Origin: Felis catus
Lineage: Eukaryota
Direction: 5' to 3'
Assembly: GCF_018350175.1 (NCBI RefSeq)
Contig: NC_058368.1
Coordinates: 83,144,001-83,208,000 of the forward strand
DNA: 64,000 bases
Shown: positions 24,611-35,688 of the stretch, piece by piece
Numbering within the stretch: position 1 is the first letter of the stretch
Layout of the letters: the number at the start of each line of letters is the position of its first letter
Made by a program: the position numbers and the translations under genes
Notes under the pieces: model-generated
What the model saw: the letters and a program-made list of their open reading frames with translations, nothing else
Told to the model about the DNA's origin: nothing
The model's database searches: none

Positions 24611-25587
24611 GTAATATATCTTACAATGTCCACATTGAAGAAATACAAAACATAAAATTTTTACAGAAAATTAAAGGGTGAACCTCTTTACCTACTGCAC
24701 AGTATTACATTTCTTTACTGGTAATGGACAACTGAAAACTGTTTCTCAACTCAAAATGACAATTTACTATCTTACATTAATAGAAACCAGTCAATTTTGA
24801 TCAGTTCTACTATCCTACACTGAAATTCTTCCATTGCTTCTCTGGCTAAGAGCCTAAAATGAGAGGATAATTATTGCATATGTGGACATAATGCAAAGAG
24901 GTATAGATTTAAAATATGATGGAATTTGTTGTTAACACAAGGATTATAAAAAGCAGCCATGAGGAAAAAAAGATCTAATTATAGAGTCAGTTTCTGTCAT
25001 TTTTCTTTTCTTTTTTATTTTTTACCTAAGGTCAAAATTTAATAGACACCAGCTTGACTAACAAAAATAATTGCATTATGAATTTGAATCTTAATAGAAC
25101 TTCATTAAAAAAGAAAAAATAAAATATTCTGAGGAATAAAAAGGGAAGTTGAAAGCTTCCCTTCACAATTTACTTGAACTCAACCCTATCAGGCTTTTCT
25201 TATTTCACCTTACATCAAATTAAATTTTTTAACAATTTAATTTAATTTATTTTTTTTTAATTTACATCCAAGTTAGTTAGTATATAGTGCAACAATGATT
25301 TCAGGAGTAGATTCCTTAATGCCCCTTACCCATTTAGCCGATCCCCCCACCAGAAATCTTCCAGTAACCCTCTGCTTGTTCTCCATATTTAAGAGGCTCC
25401 TATGTTTTGTGCCCCTCTTTGTTTTTATATTATTTTTGTTTCCCTTCCCTTATGTTCATCTGTTTTGTATCTTAAAGTCCTCATATGAGTGAAGTCATAC
25501 ATTTGTCTTTGACTAATTTCACATAGCATAATACCACGTAGTTGTGAATGGCAAGATTTCATTCTTTCTGATTGCCGAGTCATACTC

Positions 25588-25589
<2 letters not shown>

Positions 25590-25628
<39 letters not shown>
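25590..25628. repeat. (TG)n microsatellite within the L1
   Basis: Directly visible. Confidence 0.95.
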
Positions 25629-25629
<1 letters not shown>

Positions 25630-26917
25630 ATATACCACATCTTCTTTATACATTCATCCATGGATGGAAATTTGGTTTCTTTCTGTACTTTGGCTATTAT
25701 TGATAGTGCTTCTATAAACATTGGAATGCATGTGCCCCTTCGAAACAGCATCCCTGTGTCCCTTGGATAAATACCTAGTAATGCAATAGCAGGGGCATAG
25801 GGTAGTTGTATTTTTAATTTTTTGAGGAACCCCCATAATGTTTTAAAAAGTGGCTGCACCAGTTTGCATTCCCAACAGCAGTGCAAAAGAGATCCTCTTT
25901 CTGTGCCTCTTTGACAACATCTGTTGTTGCCTGAGTTGTTAATGTTAGCCATTCTGACAGGTGTGAGGTGGTATCTCATTGTGGTTTTGATTTGTATTTC
26001 CCTGATGATGAGTGAGGTTGAGCATTTTTCATATGTCAGTTGGCCATCTGGATGTCTTCTTTGGAGAAATGTCTATTCATGTCTTTTGCCCATTTCTTCA
26101 CTGGATTATTTGTTTTTTGGGTGTTGAGTTTAGTATGTTCTTTATAGATTTTGGAGACTAACCCTTTATCTGATGTGTCATTTGCAAATATCTTCTCCCA
26201 TTCAGCTGGTTGCCTTTTAGTTTCACTGATTGTTTCCTTCACTGTGCAGGAACTTTTTATCTTGATGAGGTCCCAATAGTTCATTTTTGCTTTTGTTTCC
26301 CTTGCCTTTGGAGACATGTTGAACAAGAAGTTGCTGCAGCCAAGATCAAAGAGGTTTTTGATGGCTTCCTGTCTTACATTTATGTCTTTCATCCATTTAG
26401 AGTTTATTTTTGTGTACAGTGTAACAAAGTTCTCCAGGTTCGTTTCTCTGCATGTCGCTGTAACAAAGTTCTCCAGGTTCGTTTCTCTGCATGTCGCTGT
26501 CCAGTTTTCCCAGGACCACCTGCTGAAGAAACTGTGTTTATTCCAATGGATATTCTTTCCTGCTTTGTCAAAGATTAGTTGCCTATATGTTTGTGGGTCC
26601 ATTTCTGGGTTCTCTATTCGGTTCCATTGATCTGAGTGTCTGTTCTTGGGCCAGTACCATACTGTCTTGATGATTACAGCTTTTTAATACAGCTTGAAGT
26701 CCTGGATTGTGATGCCTCCTGGTTTGGTTTTCTTTTTCAAAATTGTTTGGCTATTTGGGGTCTCTTCTGGTTCCATACAAATTTTAGGATTGTTCTACCT
26801 CTGGAGAATGCTGGTGTTATTTTGATAGGAATTGCATTGAATATGTATATTGCTTTGGGTAATATTGACATTTTAACAATTTTTTTTTCTTCCTATCCAG
26901 GAGCATGTAATATTTTT

Positions 26918-27114
26918 CTTTTTTTAAATTAAGATTTATTTATTTTTGAGAGAGACAGAGACAGAATGCGAGTGGGTTAGGGACAGAGAGAGAGGGAGAC
27001 ATAGAATCCAAAGCAGGCTCCAGGCTCCGGGCTGTCAGCACAGAGCCCAATGCAGGGCTCTAATTCATGAGCCGTGAGATCATGACCTGAACCGCCTGAG
27101 CCACCTAGGCACCC
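26918..27114 (-). mobile_element. Can-SINE nested in L1 ORF2
   Basis: TSD agcatgta[a/g]tattttt. Confidence 0.92.
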
Positions 27115-30013
27115 AGCATGTAGTATTTTTCCATTTTTTTGCGTCTTCTTTTATTTCTTTCATAAGTGTTCTATAGTTTTCAGTGTATAGATTTTTCACC
27201 CCTTTGGTTATATTTATTCCTAGGTAATTTATAGTTTTTGGTGCAATTTTAAATGGGATGGATCCCTTGCTTTCTTTCTACTGCTTTATTGTTGGTATAT
27301 AGGAATGCAACCAATTTATATCCTGCCACTTTGCTGAATCCAGGATCATTTGTTGCAGTATTTGGTGGAATCTTTTGGGTTTTCCATATAGAGTATCATG
27401 TCAGCTACGAAGAGTGAAAGTTAAACCTCCTCTTGGACAATTTGGGTGCCTTTTTGTTTCTTTGTGTTGTCTAATTGCAGAGGCTAAGATTTCCAATACT
27501 ATGTTGAATAACGGTGGCGGGAGTGTACATCTTGTCTTGTCCCTGACCTTAGGGGGAAAGTGCTAAGTTTTTCCCCATTGAGGATGATATTAGTGTTGGG
27601 GTCTTTTGTATATGGCTTTTATTATCTTGAGGTATGCTTCTTCTATCCCTACATTCTTAAGAGTTTTTATCAAGAAAGGATACAACATTTTGTCAAAAGC
27701 TTTCTCTTCTTGTATTGATAGGATCATGTGGTTCTTGTCCTTTCTTTTATTGATGTGATGAGTCACATTGATTGTTTTTCAGATACTGAACCAGCCCTGT
27801 ATCCCAGGTATAAATCCCATTTGGTCATGGTGAATAATTATTTTAATGTATTGTTGGATCTGGTTGGCTAATACCTGGTTGAGGATTTTTGCATTCATGT
27901 TCATCAGGGAAATTGGTATATAATTCTCCTTTTTTAGTGGGGTCTTTGTCTGGTTTTGGAATAAGTTAATGCTGGTTTCATAGAACGAGTTTGGAAGTTT
28001 TCCTTCCATTTCTATTTTTTGGAACAGCTTCAAGAGAGTAGGTGTCAACTCTCCCTTAAATGTTTGGTAGAATTCCCCCTGGAAAACCATCTGGCCTGGA
28101 CTCGTTGTTTGGGAGATTTTTGATTACTAATTCAATTGTTTTACTGGTTATGGCTCTGTTATAATTTTCTATCTCTTCCTATTTCAGTTTTAGTAGTTTA
28201 TATGTTTCTAGAAATGTTTCCATTTCTTCCAGATTGCCCATTTTATTGGCGTATAATTGCTCATATTTTCTTATTATTACTTTAATTCTGCTGTGTTGGT
28301 CGTGATCTCTCCTCTTTCATTCTTGATTTTATATATTTGGTCCTTTCCTTTTTCTTTTTGATCAAACTGGCTAGTGGTTTATTAATTCTTTTAAAGAACC
28401 AGCTTCTGATTTCATTGGTCTGTTCTACTGTGTTTTTTGTTTGTTTGTTTGGTTTGTTGGTTTTGATAGCATTGCTTTTTGCTCTAATCTTTACTATTTC
28501 CTGTCTTATGCTGGTTTTGGGTTTTATTCACTGTTCTTTTTCCAACTCTTTAAGGTGTAAAGTTAGGTTGTGTATCTGAGACCTTTCTTCCTTCTTTAGG
28601 AAGGCCTGGATTGGTATATACTTTCCTCTTATACTGCCTTTCCTGTGTCCCAGAAGTTTTGGGCTCTTTAACTTCTTTGTTAGTCCATTCATTCTTTGAT
28701 ATGATGCTCTTTAGTCTCCAAGTATTTGTTACCTTTCCAAATTTTTTCTTGTGGTTGATTTCGAATTTCATAGCGTTGTGGTCAGAAAATGTGCACAGTA
28801 TGATCTCAATCATTTTGTACTTGTTGAGGGCTGATTTGTGTTCCAGTATGTGGTATATTTTGGGGAACGTTCCATGTGCACTGGAGATGAATGTACATTC
28901 TGCTGCTTAGGATGAAATGTTCTGAATGTGTCTGTTAAGTCCATCTGGTCCAGTGTATCATTCAAAGCCTTTGTTTTCTTGTTGATTTTCTGATTAGATG
29001 ATCTGTTCATTGTTGTAAGTGGGTGTTGAGGTCGCCTACTATTATGGGATTATTATCAATGCGTTTATTTATTTTGTGATTAATTGATTTATGTATTTGT
29101 GTGTTGCCACATTTAGAGTATAATTGTTCACAATTGTTAGGTATTTTTGGTGGATAGTCTCCTTAATTGCGATAAAATGCCCTTCTTCATCTCTTGTTAC
29201 TGTCTTCATTTTGAAGTCTAGTTCCTGATGCACCCAGGAACGTTTGCGGGATTGTGCTGCTGTCTATGCCCAGAGACTGCAGCTGGCTGCCAGCCCGCCC
29301 CAGAAAAAGTTCACGTGGTCATGTAGCAGCAGCGTTTCAGGGATTATGGAAAATTACAACACACATCTGGCACCAGTCTTCACCCTTAATGACCTTGTTT
29401 CAACACCAGCGAATATGGTTGTTCTCTGGGGTCTGCTGGGACCGGATAGCCACACAGCCTCTACCTCTACCTTTCCAGCAGTGGAACCGCTTCTTCCTGT
29501 GTGACTCGATAACTTCCTGGACTCTGCTCCTTGGGATTTGCCTTCCCACCAGAGCACTGCCAGGTATGGAGCTGTGGAGTTTCAGACTCTGCACTTCTAC
29601 TGTTTATAGAGCCTTAATGAAATGTAAACCCTCTCCTTGCTCCTTTCTCCCTTTTTATTTCAGTCCCTGTGGCTGTTTCTACATTTCCACTCTCTCTCTA
29701 GCTGCTTTTGGGGGGGGTGGGGGTGCTTTTTCTGAACTCTCCCCCCATCTCCCTCCTCTCTTCACAAGCAAAAACAACTCCCTGCTTTCCGCAGCTTCTC
29801 TCTCTCCCAGTTCACTTCTCCGTGCCATGTACCTGCTGAGTTTTGTAATTCAGATTGTGAAGAATGTTGTGTTAATCCTCAAATCATTTTTCTAGGTGTG
29901 CAGGATGGTTTAGTGTTGATCTGGCTGTATTTCATGGATGCAAGATGCAAAAACAATTTTTTCCATGCTGTTCTGCCACATTGGCTCCTCCCCTCCAGCT
30001 CTTGTCATTTTTA

Positions 30014-30221
30014 TAATGTTCATTTATTTTTGAGAGAGAGAGACACACACACAGAGCACAAGCAGGAGAAGCAGAGAGAGACGGAGACACAGAATCCGAA
30101 ACAGCCTCCAGGCTCTTGAGCTGTCAGCACAGAGCCTGATGTGGGGTTCAAACTCACAAACCATGAGATCATGACCTGAGCCAAAGCCAGACACTCAACC
30201 AGCTGAGCCACCCAGGTGCCC
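30014..30221 (-). mobile_element. Can-SINE inserted at the L1 5' junction
   Basis: TSD ccagctc[t/c]tgtca[t/a]tttta. Confidence 0.92.
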
Positions 30222-31317
30222 CAGCTCCTGTCAATTTTAAGTAATGGGGACAATGAAAGCAAAGTGAAAAAAGATTGCAGCACCCACTTAAGCAATTTCT
30301 TTTTCATAAGCTACGAGAACAACATTTGATTTGGAAGTTTGCACATAGAATGAACTGCAAAATGGCAGGTACATTTTACTTCCCCAGATAATCCCACTGA
30401 TATGAGTTGGACTGAGTCTCAATAGCATTATATGACTCTGGTTAAGGAAAAAAGGTAAACAAGAAGACAATTTAATAAAGGTCAAAGAAGTATCTGATCC
30501 ATGGAGTTTCTCAGGCTGTACAGCTTTCAAGGCACTCCCACTTTCCCAATTTATATAGTTAATTACATAAGTTAGTTCCAAATTGAAAGAAGTGATGAAT
30601 CTGTTGATGTTCTTGGTATTATTCCAGGATGCACATTTGATTGAAAGATTGCTTTATACAAGGGAGTGAGAAGTGTCAAATTATCAGAAGATGACTTGAT
30701 GTGTGTTGAATTTATCATAAGATTTATTATTTATATGCCAAAATATGAGGCAAGAGACTTTCAAACAAGTGAAAGAGTGTATTTATGAGCAAACTATTTC
30801 CACTACAATTCACAATTATTAGAAAAAAATACTTAATGGACATCTGATTGTTAATTTCTCAATACCTTCTGTTTACTTGACATGATTAACGTTGTCTCAT
30901 TAAAATCAGTATATGATTTTCTCTATACTTTGATAGAATTTTTATGCCAAGTTTCATGGAAAAACTAAAGAAACATAAAGAAAATCTCATTGACTTTTCA
31001 GACATTTATGCCTTTCATGACCATGTTTTTATGAATGGATAATCTATATTACACATATTAGTTGACTAGTTGATCTAACCTGATTATATCACTTGATAAA
31101 ACTCTCATATTTTTATGATGTAACTATGTCTGTGAACAATTCATTGTGCATTAAAAATCATATCAAGCTAAAAGTATACTTCAATATACCTAGTCTAAAA
31201 ATGAAAAAAAAAAAACCACATGACTACAGAAACAATTGTCCCTTGCTTAGGCAATTTGGTAGAAGTGGTGACTTAGGGAAGGAAGTGCTTGATGTTCTAT
31301 AACACAATCACAGCCAT

Positions 31318-31342
31318 TTTTCACTTCTTGTATTCCTTGCAG
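31318..31342 (+). promoter_or_regulatory. Splice acceptor of the pseudogene coding exon
   Basis: Polypyrimidine tract tcacttcttgtattccttgcAG just upstream of the ATG. Confidence 0.65.
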
Positions 31343-31351
31343 TAAACATTT

Positions 31352-32256
31352 ATGGCATGGGAGAATCAGAACTTTAACTCAGACTTTATCCATGTGGGAA
31401 TCTTCAATTACAGCCCCACTTGCATCTTCCTTTTCTCACTGGTCTTGGGCATCTTCACAGTGGCCTTCATGGGAAACACTACTATGGTTCTCCTCATCTG
31501 CCTGGACAACCAGCTCCACACCAACATGTACTTCCTCCTCAGCCAACTCTCCCTCATAGACCTCATGCTCATCTGCACCACTGTACCCAAGATGGCTTTC
31601 AACTACTTGTCTGGCAGAAAGTCCATCTCTCTGGCTAGTTGTGGAGCCCAGATATTCTTATATGTGTCTCTGCTTGGAGCAGAATGTTTCCTGTTGGCTT
31701 CAATGGCCTAAGACCATTATGTTGCCATTTGCCACCTATTAAGATCTCATGGCAGCTTCTTCATACATTCTTGGCTCGCTTGATGGTCTAATTGAAGCTG
31801 TAGTTGCATTGTCTTTCTCATATTGTGGTGCCAGGAAATGCCCCACTTTTTCTGTGATGTCCCTGCCCTTCTCACTCTCTCATGCACCAGCATATTGTTA
31901 TTTAATGGTTGATATTTATATTCTATGTTATTATTCTTATTTTCTCTGTAGCAATAATCATTGCTTCCTATGTTAATGTTATTGTGGCTGTCATTCAAAT
32001 GGGGTCTAGAGAGGTCTAACGGAAATCTTTTACCACCAGTTCCTCTCACTTCATGGTGATGGGAAAGTAGTATGGAGCAGGTTTGTTCATATACATGAGG
32101 ACCGCTTAAGATTATTCTCCCACCTAGGGCAAAATGGTGTCTGTCTTCTACACCATTCTTACTCCCATGCTGAATCCCCTCATCTAGATCCTCTGCAGCA
32201 ATGAAGTGGCCAAAGCTTTCATAGGGGAGGCAGAGTCTAGAGAGTAAATAGACTGA
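31352..32256 (+). pseudogene. OR2M-subfamily olfactory receptor pseudogene (OR gene 2)
   Basis: Aligns to gene 3 throughout. TAA at 31709-31711 replaces Tyr of MAYDRY. There is a 32-bp deletion at about 31745 (aagat|ctcatggc), 1-bp deletions near 31835 and 31903, further nonsense changes (e.g. aag tag tat at about 32065), and the NQT sequon is lost (NQN). Confidence 0.93.
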
Positions 32257-32429
32257 TAATATTTATACTTAGGTTTTATTTCTCTTTATTCTTTGCCTTA
32301 TGCTTAACTTTATGTATTTAACCAATACAATTAAATAACTAATGTTTACTGATCTTTGTACATTTATAGGGAAAACATAAGATTTAGAAAATTAAAAACT
32401 CTGCTGTTTTTCTTCTTCAAATATTTGAT

Positions 32430-32860
32430 TTTTTATTATTTTTTTAAATTTTTTGTTTCAAGTTTATATTTGAATTCCAGTAAGTAAAAATATAGTGTAA
32501 TATTGGTTTGAGAATGTAGTGATTCATTACTTATATATAACACCTAGGACTCAAAAGAACAAGTACCTTCCTTCATACTCCTCACTAATTTAAACCATCC
32601 CAGTGGCCAATGCCCCTCTAAGAATACTCAGTTTTTTCTCTATACTTAAGAGTCTGTTTTATGGTCACTTCAATCATTTCCCCCTATGTTCATTTATTTC
32701 ATATTTTAAATTACACATATTAGTTAAATTGTATGGTATTTGTTTTTCTCTGACTTATTTCACTTATCATATACACTCTATCTTCATCCACATTATTGCA
32801 AATGGCAAGATTTCATCATTTTTGATGCATGAATAATATTCCATTGTATATGTATGTGCA
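32430..32860 (-). mobile_element. 5'-truncated L1 3' end, no clear TSD
   Basis: T-tail, then antisense 3' UTR (gtagtgattcattacttatatataacacc...ctgacttatttcact...aatattccattgtata). Confidence 0.85.
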
Positions 32861-35270
32861 TACTCCTGAACAAACAATGAGTCAAAAATTTATTAAAATG
32901 GAAATAAATATTTTGCAAAAAATAAAAATGGAAATATGACATAGAAAAATTTATAAAATGTGACAAAAATAATTCTAAGTAAAAAGTTTATAGTGATGCA
33001 TATCAACATTTAAAAAAGATCTTAAATTAACTGATTAAAATAACTTAAAAATAATAATTAATAAAGCCCAAATTTAACAGAAGTAGATAATAATAAACAA
33101 GATAGTAGATAAAAATTAAACAGAGACTTTTAAAACCAAATCAATAATCAATGTAATAAAGAACCATTTTTTGAGAAGATAAACGAAATTGGCAAATCTT
33201 CAGTTAAACTAAAAAAAGAAAGGACTAAAATTAATGAAATTATCAGTGAAAGAGATATTGCAACTGATGCCACAGAATGACAAATGATCATAAGAAGCAT
33301 CTATGAAAAACTATTTGTCTAGGAATTAACTAACTTAGGAGAAAATGATACATTTCTGTAAATATACCACCTAAAATACAGAATTATGAAGACATGGAAA
33401 ATTGAGGCAGGTCATTAACAAGTAAAAAATTGAATCAATAACCAAAACCACACCACACGGAAATTCCAGGAGCAGATGCCATCACTAGTGAATTCTACCA
33501 AACATTTAATGAAGAATTAATAAGTATCCTTCTCAAACTCTTCTTAAAAAATGATGAACAGGGAATGCTTCCAAACTTTTTAATGAGAAAAGTGTTAATA
33601 TGATACCAAAGAGAGAGAACTCTAAAAGAAAATAAAAATTACAGGCCAACATTTCATGATGACCACAGATGTAAAATTCCTCAGGAACTATTAGCGAGCT
33701 GAATTCAACAGCACATTACAATTATTATTTTCAATTATTATTACACACGACCAAGTAGGATTTATTTCTGAGATGCAAGTGTGGTTCAAGATACATGAAT
33801 TAATTAATCTGATGCATCATATAAACAGAATAAAAAATTAAAAAAAAATAACGCAGTCCTCTCAATAGATGCAGAGAAAAAAACTATGACAAAATTCAGC
33901 ATCCTTTTATGAGTAAAAACTCTCAGCAAAGTGGGTTTAGAGGGAAGGCAGCTAACTCAACGTAAGAAAGGCCATATATGACAGCCCCATGGCTAACATC
34001 ATACTCACTGATGTTAGGCTGAAAGTTTTCCCTCTAAAACAAAGAACAAGACCAGAATGTCCTCTGCTTCTCCTCTATTTAACTGAGTACTGAAAGCCCT
34101 AGCTAGAATATTAAGAAATAGAAAAAAAAAAATTAAAGGTCACCTAATTTTAAAAGAATGTAAAATATCCCTATTGGCAGACTGGATGACCGTATTTAGA
34201 AAAAACTAAAGACTCCATTAAAATTACTGATACAATGAGGGGGTACCTGGCTGGCTCGGTCAGAAGAGAGTGTGAGTCTTGATCTCAGGCTTGTGAGTTG
34301 AAGCCCCACATTGGGCGTAGAGATTACTAAAAATATATAAGTAAACTTTAAAATAATTTTGGTAGAAGGAATAAATGAATTATTTTAAGTATGTAAATCA
34401 ACATATATTAACATTGAAGGAACAATCCCATTTACAATATCAATCAAAAAAGAATTAAACACTTAGAAATAAATTTTACCATGGTGGTAAAAGACCTTTG
34501 CACTTACACTGTAACACTAATGAAATGAATTGGAAATGGAAACACACTGAAATGGAAAGATAACCTGTGTATATGAATTGGAAGAATACCTTTGTTAAAA
34601 TGGCTACACTACCCAAAGTGATCTTCAGATTCAATGTAATCACTTCCTACAGAATGCAATAGAGACCAGAAATAAGCCCAAGTATATGTGCTCAATTAAT
34701 CTTCAACAAAGACACCAAGAATACACAATGAGAAAAAAAGTTTCTTCAATAATTGATGCTGGGAAAACTGGTCAGCCATGCGCAAAAATAAATAAGTAAA
34801 TAAATAAATAAGATCCTTATCTTACATCATACCAAAAATAAAAGAAATGCACATTTAACATAAAAACATAAAATATGAAAATTTACAACTTGTAGATGTA
34901 AATATAAGGAAAAACTTTATTGACATTCTTTGCAAATATTGATTTCACACCAAAGTCAGAGGCAATATAAGCAAAAACAGACGTGTTGAACTACATCAAA
35001 TTCAAAAGCTTCTGGACAACAAGCAACAAGATAAAGAGGCAACCTATGAAATTGTACAAAATATTTACAAATTTTGTACCTTATAAGGGCTCACTATAAA
35101 ATCTGTATAAAAAATGCTATACAACTTCATAGCTAAAACAACAAATAAGTCAATTAAAATATAGAAAATGTACCTAAATCGATACTTTTCAAATGAATAC
35201 ATACAAATGGCCAATATACACATGAAAAGCTGCTCAACATCACTCATCATCAGGGAAATGCAAATGAATA
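32861..35270 (+). mobile_element. Old L1 ORF2 fragment (paralogue of 59500-61970)
   Basis: gtgaattctaccaaacatttaa, gaccaagtaggatttatt, gctgggaaaactgg, tgctcaacatcactcatcatcagggaaatgcaaat. Confidence 0.88.
34239..34355 (+). mobile_element. Short old Can-SINE nested in L1 (shared with 61120-61245)
   Basis: cctggctggctcggtcagaagag...gagttgaagccccacattggg...agattac. Confidence 0.85.
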
Positions 35271-35322
35271 TATTTTGCATTCTCTTATCCTTCGGAGACT
35301 TCTGTAAGTGTTAATGATATTC

Positions 35323-35520
35323 TTTTTAATGTTTATTTATTTTTGAGAGAGAGAGAGAATGAGCAAGAGAGGGGCAGAGAGAGGGATACACAGAATGGGA
35401 AGCAGGATCCAGGCTCTGAGCTCAGCACAGAGCCTGACGTGGGGCTCAAACCCACGAACAGTGAGATCATGACCTGAGCTGAAGTTGGACGCCCAACCAA
35501 CTGAGCCACCCAGATGCTCC
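35323..35520 (-). mobile_element. Can-SINE
   Basis: TSD aatgat[a/g]ttctt. Confidence 0.92.
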
Positions 35521-35688
35521 AAAATGATGTTCTTGATGAAAGTCCAAGAAGTCCTTTAAGTTCTGAACTTTTTCTTAATTTACTTATCTTTTTTTCTGTT
35601 TAGTATGAACAATTTTAAGTAACCTATCTTGAAGTTCACAATATATTTTTTTGAGATTGACTCCATTCTTATATCCCCCTAGTAAGTG

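Larger units (their letters stand above)
25001..29995 (-). mobile_element. L1 with 5' UTR, internal loss of ORF1, disrupted ORF2, 3' UTR and a ~200-bp 3' transduction
   Basis: Minus-strand ORF2 peptides ([36 protein letters not shown]), a GC-richer 5' UTR at 29222-29995, and flanking target copies cagtttctgtcatttt (24988) and cagctcttgtcatttt (29996). The paralogous site at about 42440 is empty. Confidence 0.92.
19970..34900 (+). repeat. Paralogous OR unit 2 (segmental duplicate of unit 3)
   Basis: 21940-24995 matches 39613-42445; 30225-30770 matches 42440-42970; 30770-32430 matches 43985-45990; 33100-34880 matches 59500-61965. Identity is roughly 80% by eye. Confidence 0.9.

Noticed and set aside
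25425..29010. L1 ORF2 peptides as functional genes (also 47.7-51.3, 54.5-58 and 62-63.8 kb)
   Set aside because: All are fragmented by stops and frameshifts; no intact ORF1 or ORF2 exists in the window.
29254..29895. 213-aa plus-strand ORF (longest non-OR ORF)
   Set aside because: Antisense to the L1 5' UTR with a non-ATG start and no recognisable domain. An ORF0-like role cannot be supported from the sequence.
32430..35270. Antisense 3' end plus sense ORF2 read as one twin-primed L1
   Set aside because: No TSD, the arms are not contiguous in L1 coordinates, and the sense arm has an older paralogue at 59.5-62 kb without the antisense arm.
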